Positions 38,216-47,786 of a stretch of DNA of 64,000 nucleotides are shown piece by piece. Numbering within the stretch: position 1 is the first letter of the stretch; every line of letters starts with the position of its first letter. The position numbers and the translations under genes are program-made. The notes under the pieces are model-generated. The model was given only the letters and a program-made list of their open reading frames with translations. It was not told where the DNA came from and made no database searches. The stretch comes from an uncultured delta proteobacterium (GTDB taxonomy: Bacteria; Myxococcota_A; Polyangia; Fen-1088): positions 320,001 to 384,000 of the forward strand of contig CAVWIP010000017.1 of NCBI GenBank assembly GCA_963755125.1. The letters are read 5' to 3'.

Positions 38216-40747
38216 TCAGCGCGGATTTCGGCAGTGCTCGCTGGCCATTGAGGCGGCGACTGCAACCGATTCATCTTTGCTCTGCGCGGCCGCACGCAGG
38301 GCAGCGGCGCCTGCGCCGGGATCGCACATCCGGCCCAGTGCTTGCACAGCCGCCTTCTGCAGCGAGGGACGAGGATCCGCGAGCAAAGCTGCGGCGGCGC
38401 TAACCGAGTCCCTTCCGCCGATGGCGCCGAGAGCCATCACGGTCTCGCTGACAGTTTCTTCCAGGGACAGGTCGGATTGCGATTCGCTCTGAAGGCGTTT
38501 GAGCGCCGCGGCCATGGACGCAGTGGTCCTTGGATCTTTCATCTCGCCCAACAGACGCGCGGCGAGCGAGCGCATGTCGGCGTTCTCGGGCAGGCGTCCC
38601 AGCACGCGCACCAGCAGGGCGGAGGCGCGCCAGTCACGGCAATGGGCCAACCCGACGAGCGCGGCCATGCGGATGTCGTTCTCATCCTTTTCGTACGCGC
38701 GAAGCAGAAGGTCGTTGCCTTCGGGCACGCATAGTTCGCCCAGCGCTGTCACCTCGGCACGGCGCACGCCAGGCCACGGCTCCTGCTTGGCGGCATCGAT
38801 GATCGGCTGGGCCATCGCCTGGTCATGGCGTTGGCCCAGGGAAAAGGCCGCGGTTTCGCGCGCGCGGGGATCGTTGTCCAGCAGAGCGGCTCGCAGGGCC
38901 AGTCCGGCCTCAGGGTCGCTGAGACTGGCCATCTCGCGTGTGGCGAAGTAGCGGAGCACGCTGTCGGCAGCGCGGGCGCGGAAGTCCGCCAGGGAAGCAG
39001 TCGCGGCGGGGTTGTGGAGCATGCCGAGCCCCTGGATGGCGCGGGCCTGCTCCTCGAAGCCGGCTCTGCTTTGCAGCGTGGCGTGCAGGATCTCGATAGC
39101 AGCGGGAACCTGTTCCGGCTCGCGTGATGCTGCGGCAGCGAGCACGAAGAGCAGGTCAGCGCGCTGCCCGTGCGCGGAACCCGGAACTTGCGCAAGGGCA
39201 TCCAGCGCAGCCCGGACCAGGGGCGGCCTGGCGCCTGCGGCAATCTCGCGTAGACCGCCTCGCAGGGTGGGCGAGCCCTTGCCCACGGCAGCCAGCAAGA
39301 CCCGCCGGGCCTCGGGCTGGGCGAACGACGCTAGGGCTCGTGCCGCGCGCAGGCGATCCGGCTCGCTATGTTTCTCGTCGGCCAACAGGCCGGCGATTGC
39401 CGGCAGGGGTGGATCCTGCAGGCGAGCGAGGAGCGCGAAGACGATCTTTTCTTCGTCGGGCGTCGCGGCGGTCAGGGTCGCGGCCAGTGCGGCGGCCAGC
39501 GCCGGTTGTGCGGCGATCGGGTGCGCGTCAACCGCGGGCGCGGGCATGAGAGCGGCCAGGGTTTCGACCAAACAGACGCGCCCCTGTCCCGCCGGGCTGG
39601 CGGCGAGCGCAGTCGTGACCTTGTCGAGGACGGCGCCACCGAGCGAAGCCAGCAAGGGCAAACGTGTTTCGCAAGAGGTGCCGGCCGCCAGGTCCGCCAC
39701 CAGGCGGTCGACGGCCTGCGGTCCGTCGATCTCGGTCATGACAGCCATGTCGGCAATGGCCGTCGCCGCACGGCCGGAGGTGACCTCGCGAATCATCACC
39801 GTCAGACAGCCCGAGGCCACGGGTTTGGGCATGGGGATCCAGAACGGCTGCTGAAATCGTCTGACGCCGCCATCCGAATCCTCGACCAGATCGACGTCGA
39901 GGCTGTGTCCCGCGTCGCGACCGAAGAGCAACGTGAGACGGCGGGGACGGGCTGCGCTCGTGTAAGTCTGCGCGCTCCGCGTATCGCCGGGCAGGATCTT
40001 GAGGCCGGTGATGGCAAATCCCGCGCTGGAGCGCGCGGTGAAGAACTCGCCCCGGCCGTCGCGGGTATCTGCGGTCCAGACCGTGGAAGGATCGTCGTCA
40101 TTGACCGCCACAGGCGCAGAAAGCCTACGAACATCGCCCTGTGCCCCAGCCGAACTGGAAGCCGCGTGAAAGTGAAAGCCGCCGAAGGGCTTGCCGGCTG
40201 GCATCTGCGCATCGCCTCGGTGGGCCTTGATGGTCGATGATGCGGCTGCTGGCAGGGCAGGGGGTTCGGGCCTGAAGCGACGGCTGGCGAAATCCCACGT
40301 CCGGCGGAACAACTGCACGGGCACCCCGTCGCAGCGGTGCATGCGGGCGGCGGTCTGGAACTCGCTGATGTCTTTCTCGGTCACGACGATCTGTTGTGCA
40401 GTCTCGCCGTCGACGTCGCGCGCGCCAGCCTGGTCCCACCAGATGACGTTCTTGGAGGGCAACTCGGCGATCCAGACTTCCTCGCGCTTGGGGCCTTCGC
40501 CCAGGATGGGCACGCGCACCTCGACAACGCGGTGACCAGATACAGAGACAAGCTGGACGACGGGTAGGCCGCGCTCTTCCTTCTGCGTCTTGGGGGCAAA
40601 GCTCGCCACCATCTTGCCGCCATCGCGGATCTCGATGGCGCCAGAAGCATCGGTGGCCGCTTCCCAGGCGATGGCCGGGCAGGGCAGCGCGAGCAGGACA
40701 GAAGTGGCGGTCAGGACGAGAAAGGAGAATTGGCGAAGCGAAAGCAC
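38216..40747 (-). CDS. Exported protein with discoidin-like domain and C-terminal HEAT repeats
   Basis: Signal peptide; VNDDDPSTVW...GRGEFF...ITGLKILPG; repeats such as ARETAAFSLG and LQKAAVQALG. Confidence 0.78.
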   Translation of the reverse strand: MLSLRQFSFLVLTATSVLLALPCPAIAWEAATDASGAIEIRDGGKMVASFAPKTQKEERGLPVVQLVSVSGHRVVEVRVPILGEGPKREEVWIAELPSKNVIWWDQAGARDVDGETAQQIVVTEKDISEFQTAARMHRCDGVPVQLFRRTWDFASRRFRPEPPALPAAASSTIKAHRGDAQMPAGKPFGGFHFHAASSSAGAQGDVRRLSAPVAVNDDDPSTVWTADTRDGRGEFFTARSSAGFAITGLKILPGDTRSAQTYTSAARPRRLTLLFGRDAGHSLDVDLVEDSDGGVRRFQQPFWIPMPKPVASGCLTVMIREVTSGRAATAIADMAVMTEIDGPQAVDRLVADLAAGTSCETRLPLLASLGGAVLDKVTTALAASPAGQGRVCLVETLAALMPAPAVDAHPIAAQPALAAALAATLTAATPDEEKIVFALLARLQDPPLPAIAGLLADEKHSEPDRLRAARALASFAQPEARRVLLAAVGKGSPTLRGGLREIAAGARPPLVRAALDALAQVPGSAHGQRADLLFVLAAAASREPEQVPAAIEILHATLQSRAGFEEQARAIQGLGMLHNPAATASLADFRARAADSVLRYFATREMASLSDPEAGLALRAALLDNDPRARETAAFSLGQRHDQAMAQPIIDAAKQEPWPGVRRAEVTALGELCVPEGNDLLLRAYEKDENDIRMAALVGLAHCRDWRASALLVRVLGRLPENADMRSLAARLLGEMKDPRTTASMAAALKRLQSESQSDLSLEETVSETVMALGAIGGRDSVSAAAALLADPRPSLQKAAVQALGRMCDPGAGAAALRAAAQSKDESVAVAASMASEHCRNPR

Positions 40748-40836
40748 GATGCCAGTTCGATAGCGCCTGGTCTCGCGCCGGTCAAGCGACGCAAACGTGG
40801 GCCACAGATTTCGGTCCGCCGGCCGATCGCTTCGCG

Positions 40837-42261
40837 CTATAGCCCATCAAGCGCATCGTTCGAGGTTTTCGTCTTGGCTTTCAGGGTGCGGTCCCGTTCT
40901 TGTGCCGACTCCGCCGCAGCCACGCGTTCCCGCCAGGTCTTGGCAGCCGGGTTGGAGGGAGCCTGGGCAAGGAGGGCGCGGAAGGCGGCGGCAGCCTCGG
41001 CCCACTTCTTTTCAGCAAAGAGCTTCTCAGCCTTGCGGACACGCTCCTCGAAAGAGATGGTCTCCTTGCTTGCATGGACTTTTTTCTTGTCTGCGGGCGT
41101 CTCCGCTTGCGCGGCAGGGCCGGCGGAAGCCGCGCGAACCGGCGCCAGGGTCTTGGCTGGCGTTGCGGAGCGAGTCGACTCTTTCGCGACAGAGTTGCCG
41201 GCTCGGTCCTCAAGGTCCGCGATAGCGGCCGCCTTCTCAACCGGCGCTGGCTTGGTAGCGGCGGGCGCTTCCGCAGCAGCGACCGGCGTGGGTGCCGCGG
41301 CCAGAGGCGCTTCCGCAGCGCGGGGCGGTGGTGGCTGAGCCCAGCGACCTGACGAACCTGCGCCTTCGGCGACTGGTGTCTTTCGTCCCTGTGGCAGAGG
41401 CCGCAGCGGTTCATCGAGACTCGCTTCATCCTTGTCGGCGCGCAGCGCGGGCGCCGACAAGGGCTTGGCGATGGCATCCGCAGCGGCTCTCGAAGGCGTG
41501 CTGGCCTTGCCACCGCCTTTGCTCGCGGTGGCCACGCCGACCGGAGTGCGCGGCTGGGCTTCCCATTGAACGCCCGCAAGGAGATCGTTGGAAAATTGCC
41601 GTCTTGACGTAGCTGGGCTGCTGCGAGTGGGAGGCGCGGTGCGAAGCTTATCAGCGGTAGAGGCGCGCTTCGACTCGGCTTGAGACTCGCGTTCCATTCC
41701 GGCGGTCGGTTTTTTGGTCAGCCCGGCCAGTCCTTGTTCTGCGGGTGCCGTCGCCGTCGGCGCGCCCTCCGCCTCAGGCTGCGGCCGGGCTTGCCTCGAC
41801 TCTTTGGGCTCGGCCGTCGGCGGCGTGAACGCTTCAGTTACAGCAGGCTTCGGCTCGGGAATCACCTGCGGGTTCTTGATGACCTTGACCAGAAATACCG
41901 CGGTGGCCACGCCGGCTGCGCCCAGGGCGGGAACCAGCCAGGGCGTCTTCCACAGACGCGCGAAAAAGCCTTCGGCTTGAGGCGCGCGCGATGTCCGTGG
42001 TTTTAGCCGCTCGGCTGCTTTGGCGTTGACGGCCGCCCGGGCGGCCTCCAGTACTCGCGCTCGCACACGCGCGGGCGGGTCTTCAGCCAGCGGACCGCGC
42101 AGGGCTGCCCGCGCGTGTCCCAGGGTCGAGGACATGGCCTTCACCTCGGCGCTGCACGAGGCGCAGCCATCGACATGCGCGAGAAATTCGCGGCGCTGTT
42201 CTGCGGGCATCTCCTCGTAGAGGGAATCGACCAGGAGAGAGGAGATTTCGCTGCACTTCAT
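40837..42261 (-). CDS. Anti-sigma factor (zf-HC2 zinc finger, one TM, long low-complexity region, terminal TPR-like helix pair)
   Basis: MKC...HVDGCASC; TM WLVPALGAAGVATAVFLV; start overlaps sigma factor stop. Confidence 0.85.
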   Translation of the reverse strand: MKCSEISSLLVDSLYEEMPAEQRREFLAHVDGCASCSAEVKAMSSTLGHARAALRGPLAEDPPARVRARVLEAARAAVNAKAAERLKPRTSRAPQAEGFFARLWKTPWLVPALGAAGVATAVFLVKVIKNPQVIPEPKPAVTEAFTPPTAEPKESRQARPQPEAEGAPTATAPAEQGLAGLTKKPTAGMERESQAESKRASTADKLRTAPPTRSSPATSRRQFSNDLLAGVQWEAQPRTPVGVATASKGGGKASTPSRAAADAIAKPLSAPALRADKDEASLDEPLRPLPQGRKTPVAEGAGSSGRWAQPPPPRAAEAPLAAAPTPVAAAEAPAATKPAPVEKAAAIADLEDRAGNSVAKESTRSATPAKTLAPVRAASAGPAAQAETPADKKKVHASKETISFEERVRKAEKLFAEKKWAEAAAAFRALLAQAPSNPAAKTWRERVAAAESAQERDRTLKAKTKTSNDALDGL

Positions 42262-42878
42262 GGCGTCCCCTCGGCGGAAGCGGAGCCCGCACCGGTGGCC
42301 TCGTGCAACTCGCCCAGCATGGACCGGAGTCGTTGCAGGGCATAGCGCATGCGGCTCTTGACCGTGGGCTCGCTGGCCCCCACTTGGGCCGCGATCTCCG
42401 CAAACGACATGTCCATCACCTCCCGCATCAGGAAGACCTCGCGCTGGTCCACCGGCAATTCGTCCACCGCGCGGTCGACCAGCGACGCGATCTCGTGGCC
42501 CATCGCCTCGGTCTCCGCATTGCCCGAAAGCGCGGCGATTCGGTCAATCCGTCGCAAGCCCGAGTCTCCTTCGCCAGCCTTGGCTTGGTCGAGCGATTCG
42601 GCCTGGCGGAACTCGGCCCGCCGGGCCTGGTCCGTGCACAGGTTACGCGCGATGGTGAAGAGCCAGGTGGAAACCTTGGCCGAGGGTTGCCATTGCGCTG
42701 CGCTTTTCACCACGCGCAAGAAGACCTCTTGCAGCAGATCCTCGGCAGTCGCTTTGTCCCTGACGAAACGCCGCAGGAAATTCCACAAGCGCTTCTCATG
42801 GCGTTCAAGCAGCTCGCTGAACGCGGCAACATCGCCCTTCTGGTAGGCAGCCATGAGAGCCTCATCGGTCATGGGCAA
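42258..42878 (-). CDS. ECF RNA polymerase sigma factor
   Basis: AEDLLQEVFLRV, TWLFTIARNLCTD, LPVDQREVFLMRE...SFAEIA...TVKSRMRYA. Confidence 0.95.
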   Translation of the reverse strand: MPMTDEALMAAYQKGDVAAFSELLERHEKRLWNFLRRFVRDKATAEDLLQEVFLRVVKSAAQWQPSAKVSTWLFTIARNLCTDQARRAEFRQAESLDQAKAGEGDSGLRRIDRIAALSGNAETEAMGHEIASLVDRAVDELPVDQREVFLMREVMDMSFAEIAAQVGASEPTVKSRMRYALQRLRSMLGELHEATGAGSASAEGTP

Positions 42879-42922
42879 GGCGGCAGTCTACAGGTGACTG
42901 CCGCCTGCCCCAAGCCCATCGC

Positions 42923-43906
42923 TCAGAACTGCTGCCAGCCCGACGGGGGCCGGGCATAGCGGGTGTGCGACACGGGGAACGGGTCGGCCGTGCGCCGCAA
43001 GTTGGCATCGTCCGAACAGCACCAGGGGCCGTCCACATCGATGCCCATGGCAATCAGTCCCGCTCGGTCGTTGTAGCGCAGGCCCAGCACCGCGGCCGGC
43101 TCGCTGGGATTGGCGCGAACGAACTCGACCTCGCGAATGTGCGACGAAACTGCCTCGCCGAATTCGGTGCCCAGGCCAGGGCGTGACCGGCGCGGGGCGT
43201 ACAACTCGCCAGCCGCGCTCCGGCCCTTTGCCTCTGGCTGTGCCTCGTCCGCGAGCGGAGCCGACGCGGGAGCGCTGGCGCGCGGAGCCGCACCCGAGCC
43301 GAGAGAGTCCTTTTCGGCACGGTTGCTGTCGTAGCCGTCGAGGCGACCTTGATAGTCGTCGCGATACGGGAGCACAGGATAATAGGGATGCGGCGGCGGT
43401 CGGTAAACGCGTTCCGGGAAGATGGCCACGCCGATGACGCCCACGTTGCGCGCGCTGCCCATGCGAGCTGCGTATGAATCGGCCACCGACGAGAACCTGA
43501 AGGCCGCGGCTTGCTGCTGCGAGAGGCGCCAGCCATCGATTTCGACCTGACCCCAGGCGGGGACCAAGTAGCCGCTCTTTCGGGCAAAGTCGCCCGGCTT
43601 GCCGTCGATGACGTCGCGGCCGTCGACAGAAACCACCGCCTCCACGCGGCGGCTCGTGTGGTTGCTCACGCGGATGGTGTAGCGATCGCCCAGGTGGCCG
43701 AGCACGAAGGTTTCGCCGTCGTGCCAGAAGGACTGCGCGGGCGTGCCGTCCAGCAAGACTTCAACCTGATACCCGCCAGCCTGAGGCCGTAGCGGTCGGC
43801 TTTCCGCGTTGCGTGCCGGAGCCGCGCAGGCAACAAACCCGGCTAGGGCAAAGGCGATGCGACTGACGCGAACAGGACTGGAAGCGTTTCTCGAGTTATT
43901 TTTCAT
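42923..43906 (-). CDS. Conserved hypothetical exported protein
   Basis: GGAGG upstream of ATG 43906; signal-like segment; GDRYTIRV...VSVDGRDVIDG...IDGWR...NVGVIGVAIFPE...LGTEFGE. The longer ORF call only reads through the repeat. Confidence 0.75.
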   Translation of the reverse strand: MKNNSRNASSPVRVSRIAFALAGFVACAAPARNAESRPLRPQAGGYQVEVLLDGTPAQSFWHDGETFVLGHLGDRYTIRVSNHTSRRVEAVVSVDGRDVIDGKPGDFARKSGYLVPAWGQVEIDGWRLSQQQAAAFRFSSVADSYAARMGSARNVGVIGVAIFPERVYRPPPHPYYPVLPYRDDYQGRLDGYDSNRAEKDSLGSGAAPRASAPASAPLADEAQPEAKGRSAAGELYAPRRSRPGLGTEFGEAVSSHIREVEFVRANPSEPAAVLGLRYNDRAGLIAMGIDVDGPWCCSDDANLRRTADPFPVSHTRYARPPSGWQQF

Positions 43907-43952
43907 GGCAACCCTCCTGCCGTGTTGAACGCAGGAGCAACCAAAAGGATCT

Positions 43953-44190
43953 GTCGCGTGGGGAGCCCGCCGGCTTTGCCCCCTACGGGGACTTCGGGAC
44001 GGCCCGCCACCCTGCCGGCGGCGCACCATCGCGGGAGGGGTTGGCGAGGCCGAGCGCGAGGGCGCGAGTGCAGCGAGCGGGAGTGGTGGGGAAGGTGCGG
44101 GTCCCGAAGTCTCCGAAGGGGGAAGCGAGCGGGGAGGAGGTGGCAGGTGGGGGGCCGAAGGGCGAAGCGAACCCTTTGAGGGTTCCCATG
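43953..44190. mobile_element. Palindromic interspersed repeat, long 238-bp intergenic copy
   Basis: Inverted relative to 17781-17915, with two extra internal segments (about 43979-44013 and 44056-44122). Confidence 0.85.
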
Positions 44191-44194
44191 TCAA

Positions 44195-44947
44195 TTAGAA
44201 CCCGCGGGTGCGGGCCAGCGTGACGAGGTACAGCGCCAGATCTACGGGGTCAGACGACGTGATCGGCAGGCCGGTCACGAACCCTGGCTTCGCCACGCGG
44301 TCGTCGACCGGCGAATGGGGCGCCAGGACGCGCAAGTCAGTTAGGGTTCGTTCCAGGTTCGCGTGGCTTGCCGGCTGCTTGGCAGCCCCCAAGAAGCGAT
44401 AGTCTACCCTTCGTTCGTAGATTATCGCGTCTGGCTGCCCGTCGTTCCGCTGGACCAGGACGAAGGCCTCGCGGGTTTCTTCGGTCTTAACCGACTGCTT
44501 CTTGACCTTTGTGGTCAACATGAGGCCACCGCTGAGAACGGCTTTGCCCACATCCAGACGGCGCTCGCTGGTCGTGACCGTTTCGCTGGTCGTCACCACA
44601 CGGACGCCACGCTGAATCAGCGAGACGGTGGCCCCCGCGCACGGGTGGCGGTTGCCTTGTGCGTCCAGAAACGCCACCACACCGGACTCGAATGCGATGC
44701 CCCGAACCAGCAAGCGGTCGTCGTCGTCTGGAGCGGCGGCCGGGTCGCACGAGAACGCCGCAAACCCCAGGGACTCGAATTCGTCCACCAGGGCTCCGAT
44801 TTGCTCGACCGGGACTGCCGCTAGCAGCACGCGCGGAAGCGTTCCGGCAAGACGTCGCGAGAAGTCAGCAGGCGGCAGGCCCGCGAGCTGCGCTCCTCGC
44901 GTCCGGGCCAGAGGATCGATTGGAGCGTTTGCGATGATGAGGAGCAC
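44195..44947 (-). CDS. Hypothetical protein
   Basis: 250-aa ORF with normal composition, co-oriented with downstream genes. Confidence 0.7.
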   Translation of the reverse strand: MLLIIANAPIDPLARTRGAQLAGLPPADFSRRLAGTLPRVLLAAVPVEQIGALVDEFESLGFAAFSCDPAAAPDDDDRLLVRGIAFESGVVAFLDAQGNRHPCAGATVSLIQRGVRVVTTSETVTTSERRLDVGKAVLSGGLMLTTKVKKQSVKTEETREAFVLVQRNDGQPDAIIYERRVDYRFLGAAKQPASHANLERTLTDLRVLAPHSPVDDRVAKPGFVTGLPITSSDPVDLALYLVTLARTRGF

Positions 44948-45319
44948 AGTCAGCCGTCTTCAAGCCCGATGCACAGCGCATAGGGACGTTCGCCAACGGC
45001 CAATTCTATTCCGTCTTTTCTGGCCGCACTGAGAACTTCTTCTATTCTGGGTCAGGTTTCAACTTGGCCGGGGCCGACATCCGGGTGCGCGACGCTAACG
45101 GCGAAAAGTAGATGCCTGTCAACTCCAAGTCGTCCGGGGCGTGCAATAGTTGCCACGACGGTTCGACCAACCCGCGCGTCACCGCGCCGTAGGGCACAGT
45201 AGGCGACTGAAGCAGGTGTCACCGGACGACCAGGGGGCATTCTGATCCCACACCTGGCGTTTTCGTTGAAGCCGAGTCAGAGTGAGCCCGTCTATCAATA
45301 GAAAGGAGCGAATCAACTC

Positions 45320-45658
45320 ATGCGTACAACAATCGCGCTCGTCGCAAGTGGTCTGCTTGTCCTGTGGGTCTCGGCCGCTGCCCTGGCTGGGGCGCCCGAG
45401 ACCTTCGCCCAGAAATGTGCTGGTTGCCACGGCAAGGATGGCAAGGGGCAGACCACAATGGGCAAGAAGCTCAGTATCAAGGATTTGACCGACGCCAAGG
45501 TGCAGGCTGCGGCCAAGGACGCCGACTGGGACAAGGCGATCAGCGACGGCGTCAAGGATGCGGCAGGCAAGGTGGTCATGACCGGCTTCAAGGGCAAGGT
45601 CACGCCCGAGGACATCAAGGCGCTGGTGAAGCTCTGTCGCGACTTCAAGGGCAAGTAG
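45320..45658 (+). CDS. Periplasmic class I monoheme cytochrome c
   Basis: AAAGGAG RBS, signal peptide, CAGCH, distal Met in VMTGFKGK. Confidence 0.93.
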   Translation: MRTTIALVASGLLVLWVSAAALAGAPETFAQKCAGCHGKDGKGQTTMGKKLSIKDLTDAKVQAAAKDADWDKAISDGVKDAAGKVVMTGFKGKVTPEDIKALVKLCRDFKGK

Positions 45659-45665
45659 CGATTCC

Positions 45666-45701
45666 CGTGGGGGCCCGCCGGCCGTGCCGGCGGCCTGCCA
45701 T
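45666..45701. repeat. End fragment of the same interspersed repeat, hairpin between convergent genes
   Basis: CGTGGGGGCCCGCCGGC-cgt-GCCGGCGGCCTGCCAT versus element end CGTGGGGAGCCCGCCGGC-ttc-GCCGGCGGCGCACCAT. Confidence 0.65.
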
Positions 45702-45702
45702 T

Positions 45703-47091
45703 TCAAACAGTCCGCGAAAAGACCGGCCGGCCAAGTTGCTGGCGCGGGGTCAGATACGCATCGAAGCACATGGCCAAATTGCGCACGAAGATCTGGCCCA
45801 GCCCGACGGCGTGAACCCCTTGCTCGTCGATGCGGCACATGCCGTCCTTTTCAAAGGGGGCAAGCTTGGCCAGGGTTTCACGGAAGTAGCTGGCAAACGC
45901 GATGCCGTACCTCGCCTCCAGCGTCGCGCGGCTGATGGTGAAGTTGCACATCAGTGACAGGATGGCGTCGCGGCGGATTTCGTCGTCGCGAGAGCGCGCG
46001 TAGCCCCGTTGCACGGGCAGGCGGCCGTTGTCGAGCAGGCGGTAGTAGCGCGCCAGCTTCTTTTCGTTCTGCACCAGAGCCCCGCGCACGTCTCCGATGG
46101 CTGACACGCCGAAGCCGAGCGTGTCGTCGCCCGGGTTGACGGTGTAGCCCATGAAGTTGCGCGACAGGAGGCCCTGGCGTTGGGCCACCGCCAGCTCATC
46201 CGAGGGCAGGGCAAAATGGTCCATGCCGATAGCCTGATAGCCGGCGGCGAGGAACGCCTCGCGCGCCATGGCCAGCAGTTGAAACTTGGTGTCTCGGTCA
46301 GGAACCGCGTGCACGTCAATCAGCTTCTGATTGCTGCGTACCATAGGCAGGTAGGCGAAGGAGTAGACTGCCACGCGATCAGGACGCAGAGCCACGGTCT
46401 GGGCCAGGGTGTTGGCGAACGACTCGGGCTGCTGGGCGGGCAGGCCGTAAATCAGATCGAAATTGATGCCGCCAAAGCCGTGCTGGCGAGCATGCGCGAC
46501 CAGGTTCGTGGTCTGCTCGCGCGTCTGCCGGCGGCCGATGGCCTGTTGCACCTCGGGTGAGAAGTCCTGCACGCCCATGGAGATGCGGTTGAAACCGAGG
46601 CGCGCCAGCATTTCGAGATGGGCTTCGTCTGTCACGCGCGGGTCCACCTCGACGGCCAACTCGGCGTGGGGCAGGAATTCGAAGTGGCGGGCAAAATCGA
46701 GCACCAGGCGTTCTAGCTGCGTCGGCGAAAAGTACGTGGGCGTGCCGCCACCCAGATGAAACTGCGCGATCTTGCGCCGATGGGGCAAACGCGCGGCCAC
46801 CAATTCGATTTCTCGCAGCAGGTGCTCCAGGTACGGCCCGGCCACTTCCTTGCGAGTGGTGGCAAAGGAATGGCAACCGCAGAAGGTGCAGCGTCGTTCG
46901 CAGAAGGGCAGGTGGGTGTAGACGGACAGTGGCGCCTCGCCGCAAGCGTCGGCGCGTTCCAGGGCGCGCAGGTAGTCGGGCTCCTGGAAGTCCTCGCGGA
47001 ATTCCACCGCGGTCGGGTAAGACGTGTAGCGAGGCCCGGCGCTGTCGTAGCGGGCCAGAAGCTCGGGCCCTATGGAACGCAGATCGTTCAT
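45703..47091 (-). CDS. hemN: Oxygen-independent coproporphyrinogen III oxidase (radical SAM)
   Basis: GPRYTSYPTA, CERRCTFCGC, GGGTPT, IGMDHFA, RNFMGY, FSRTV end. Confidence 0.96.
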   Translation of the reverse strand: MNDLRSIGPELLARYDSAGPRYTSYPTAVEFREDFQEPDYLRALERADACGEAPLSVYTHLPFCERRCTFCGCHSFATTRKEVAGPYLEHLLREIELVAARLPHRRKIAQFHLGGGTPTYFSPTQLERLVLDFARHFEFLPHAELAVEVDPRVTDEAHLEMLARLGFNRISMGVQDFSPEVQQAIGRRQTREQTTNLVAHARQHGFGGINFDLIYGLPAQQPESFANTLAQTVALRPDRVAVYSFAYLPMVRSNQKLIDVHAVPDRDTKFQLLAMAREAFLAAGYQAIGMDHFALPSDELAVAQRQGLLSRNFMGYTVNPGDDTLGFGVSAIGDVRGALVQNEKKLARYYRLLDNGRLPVQRGYARSRDDEIRRDAILSLMCNFTISRATLEARYGIAFASYFRETLAKLAPFEKDGMCRIDEQGVHAVGLGQIFVRNLAMCFDAYLTPRQQLGRPVFSRTV

Positions 47092-47786
47092 GCTTCGCCC
47101 GCTGGAGAAAAGCGGTAGCCGAGGCCGCGCACGGTGTGCAGATAGCGCGGGCGTTCCGGATCGGGTTCGATCAGCTTGCGCAGACGCAGCACCATGTGCT
47201 CGACGGCGCGCGTGGACGGCGAAACCTCGTAGCCCCACACGCGCTCCAGAATCTCCTCGCGCGAGACCACCTGGTCAGCGTGTTCCACCAGCAGGCGAAG
47301 GATCAAGGCTTCCTTTTCTGCCAGGCTGCTGCGCTCGCCATCGGGATCGATGACTTCTCCCTTGCCGAAGTCGACCGTGACGTTACCGATGCGCGCGGTC
47401 TTGAGCGTCTGTTCATACCAGCCTTGGCGGCGCAACATGCCGCGCACCCGCAGGAGCAGTTCGCGCAGGTTGAATGGCTTTCCCAAATAGTCGTCGCCGC
47501 CCAACTCGAGGCCGTACACGCGATCGTCGTCCGAGGTCTTGGCCGTGAGAAACAGGATAGGCAGACGACCGCCCTCATCGCGAATCGCCTTGCACACCGA
47601 GAACCCGTCGCGCTTGGGCAGCATGACGTCGAGGATCATGAGGTCGACGCCCCCCGACCGCCAGCGAGCCAACGCGCTTTCGCCGTCGCCCACGGCTTCC
47701 ACGGCGTAGCCTTCCTGCTGCAGGTTTTCGCTGATGCCTTCAGCCAGGTGCCGCTCGTCCTCCACCACCAGGATGCGTGCGCTCAT
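47088..47786 (-). CDS. OmpR-family response regulator
   Basis: ILVVEDE, LDVMLP, FLTAK, DDYLGKPF, HTVRGLGYRF. Confidence 0.95.
   Translation of the reverse strand: MSARILVVEDERHLAEGISENLQQEGYAVEAVGDGESALARWRSGGVDLMILDVMLPKRDGFSVCKAIRDEGGRLPILFLTAKTSDDDRVYGLELGGDDYLGKPFNLRELLLRVRGMLRRQGWYEQTLKTARIGNVTVDFGKGEVIDPDGERSSLAEKEALILRLLVEHADQVVSREEILERVWGYEVSPSTRAVEHMVLRLRKLIEPDPERPRYLHTVRGLGYRFSPAGEA

Noticed and set aside
43907..44194. 96-aa N-terminal extension of the 42923 ORF
   Set aside because: It is read-through of the repeat element; a good RBS and signal-like segment lie at 43906
45190..45290. Possible riboswitch or ncRNA upstream of cytochrome c (CAGGTGT/ACACCTG stem)
   Set aside because: Only one 7-bp stem and no recognisable family consensus; needs an Rfam search
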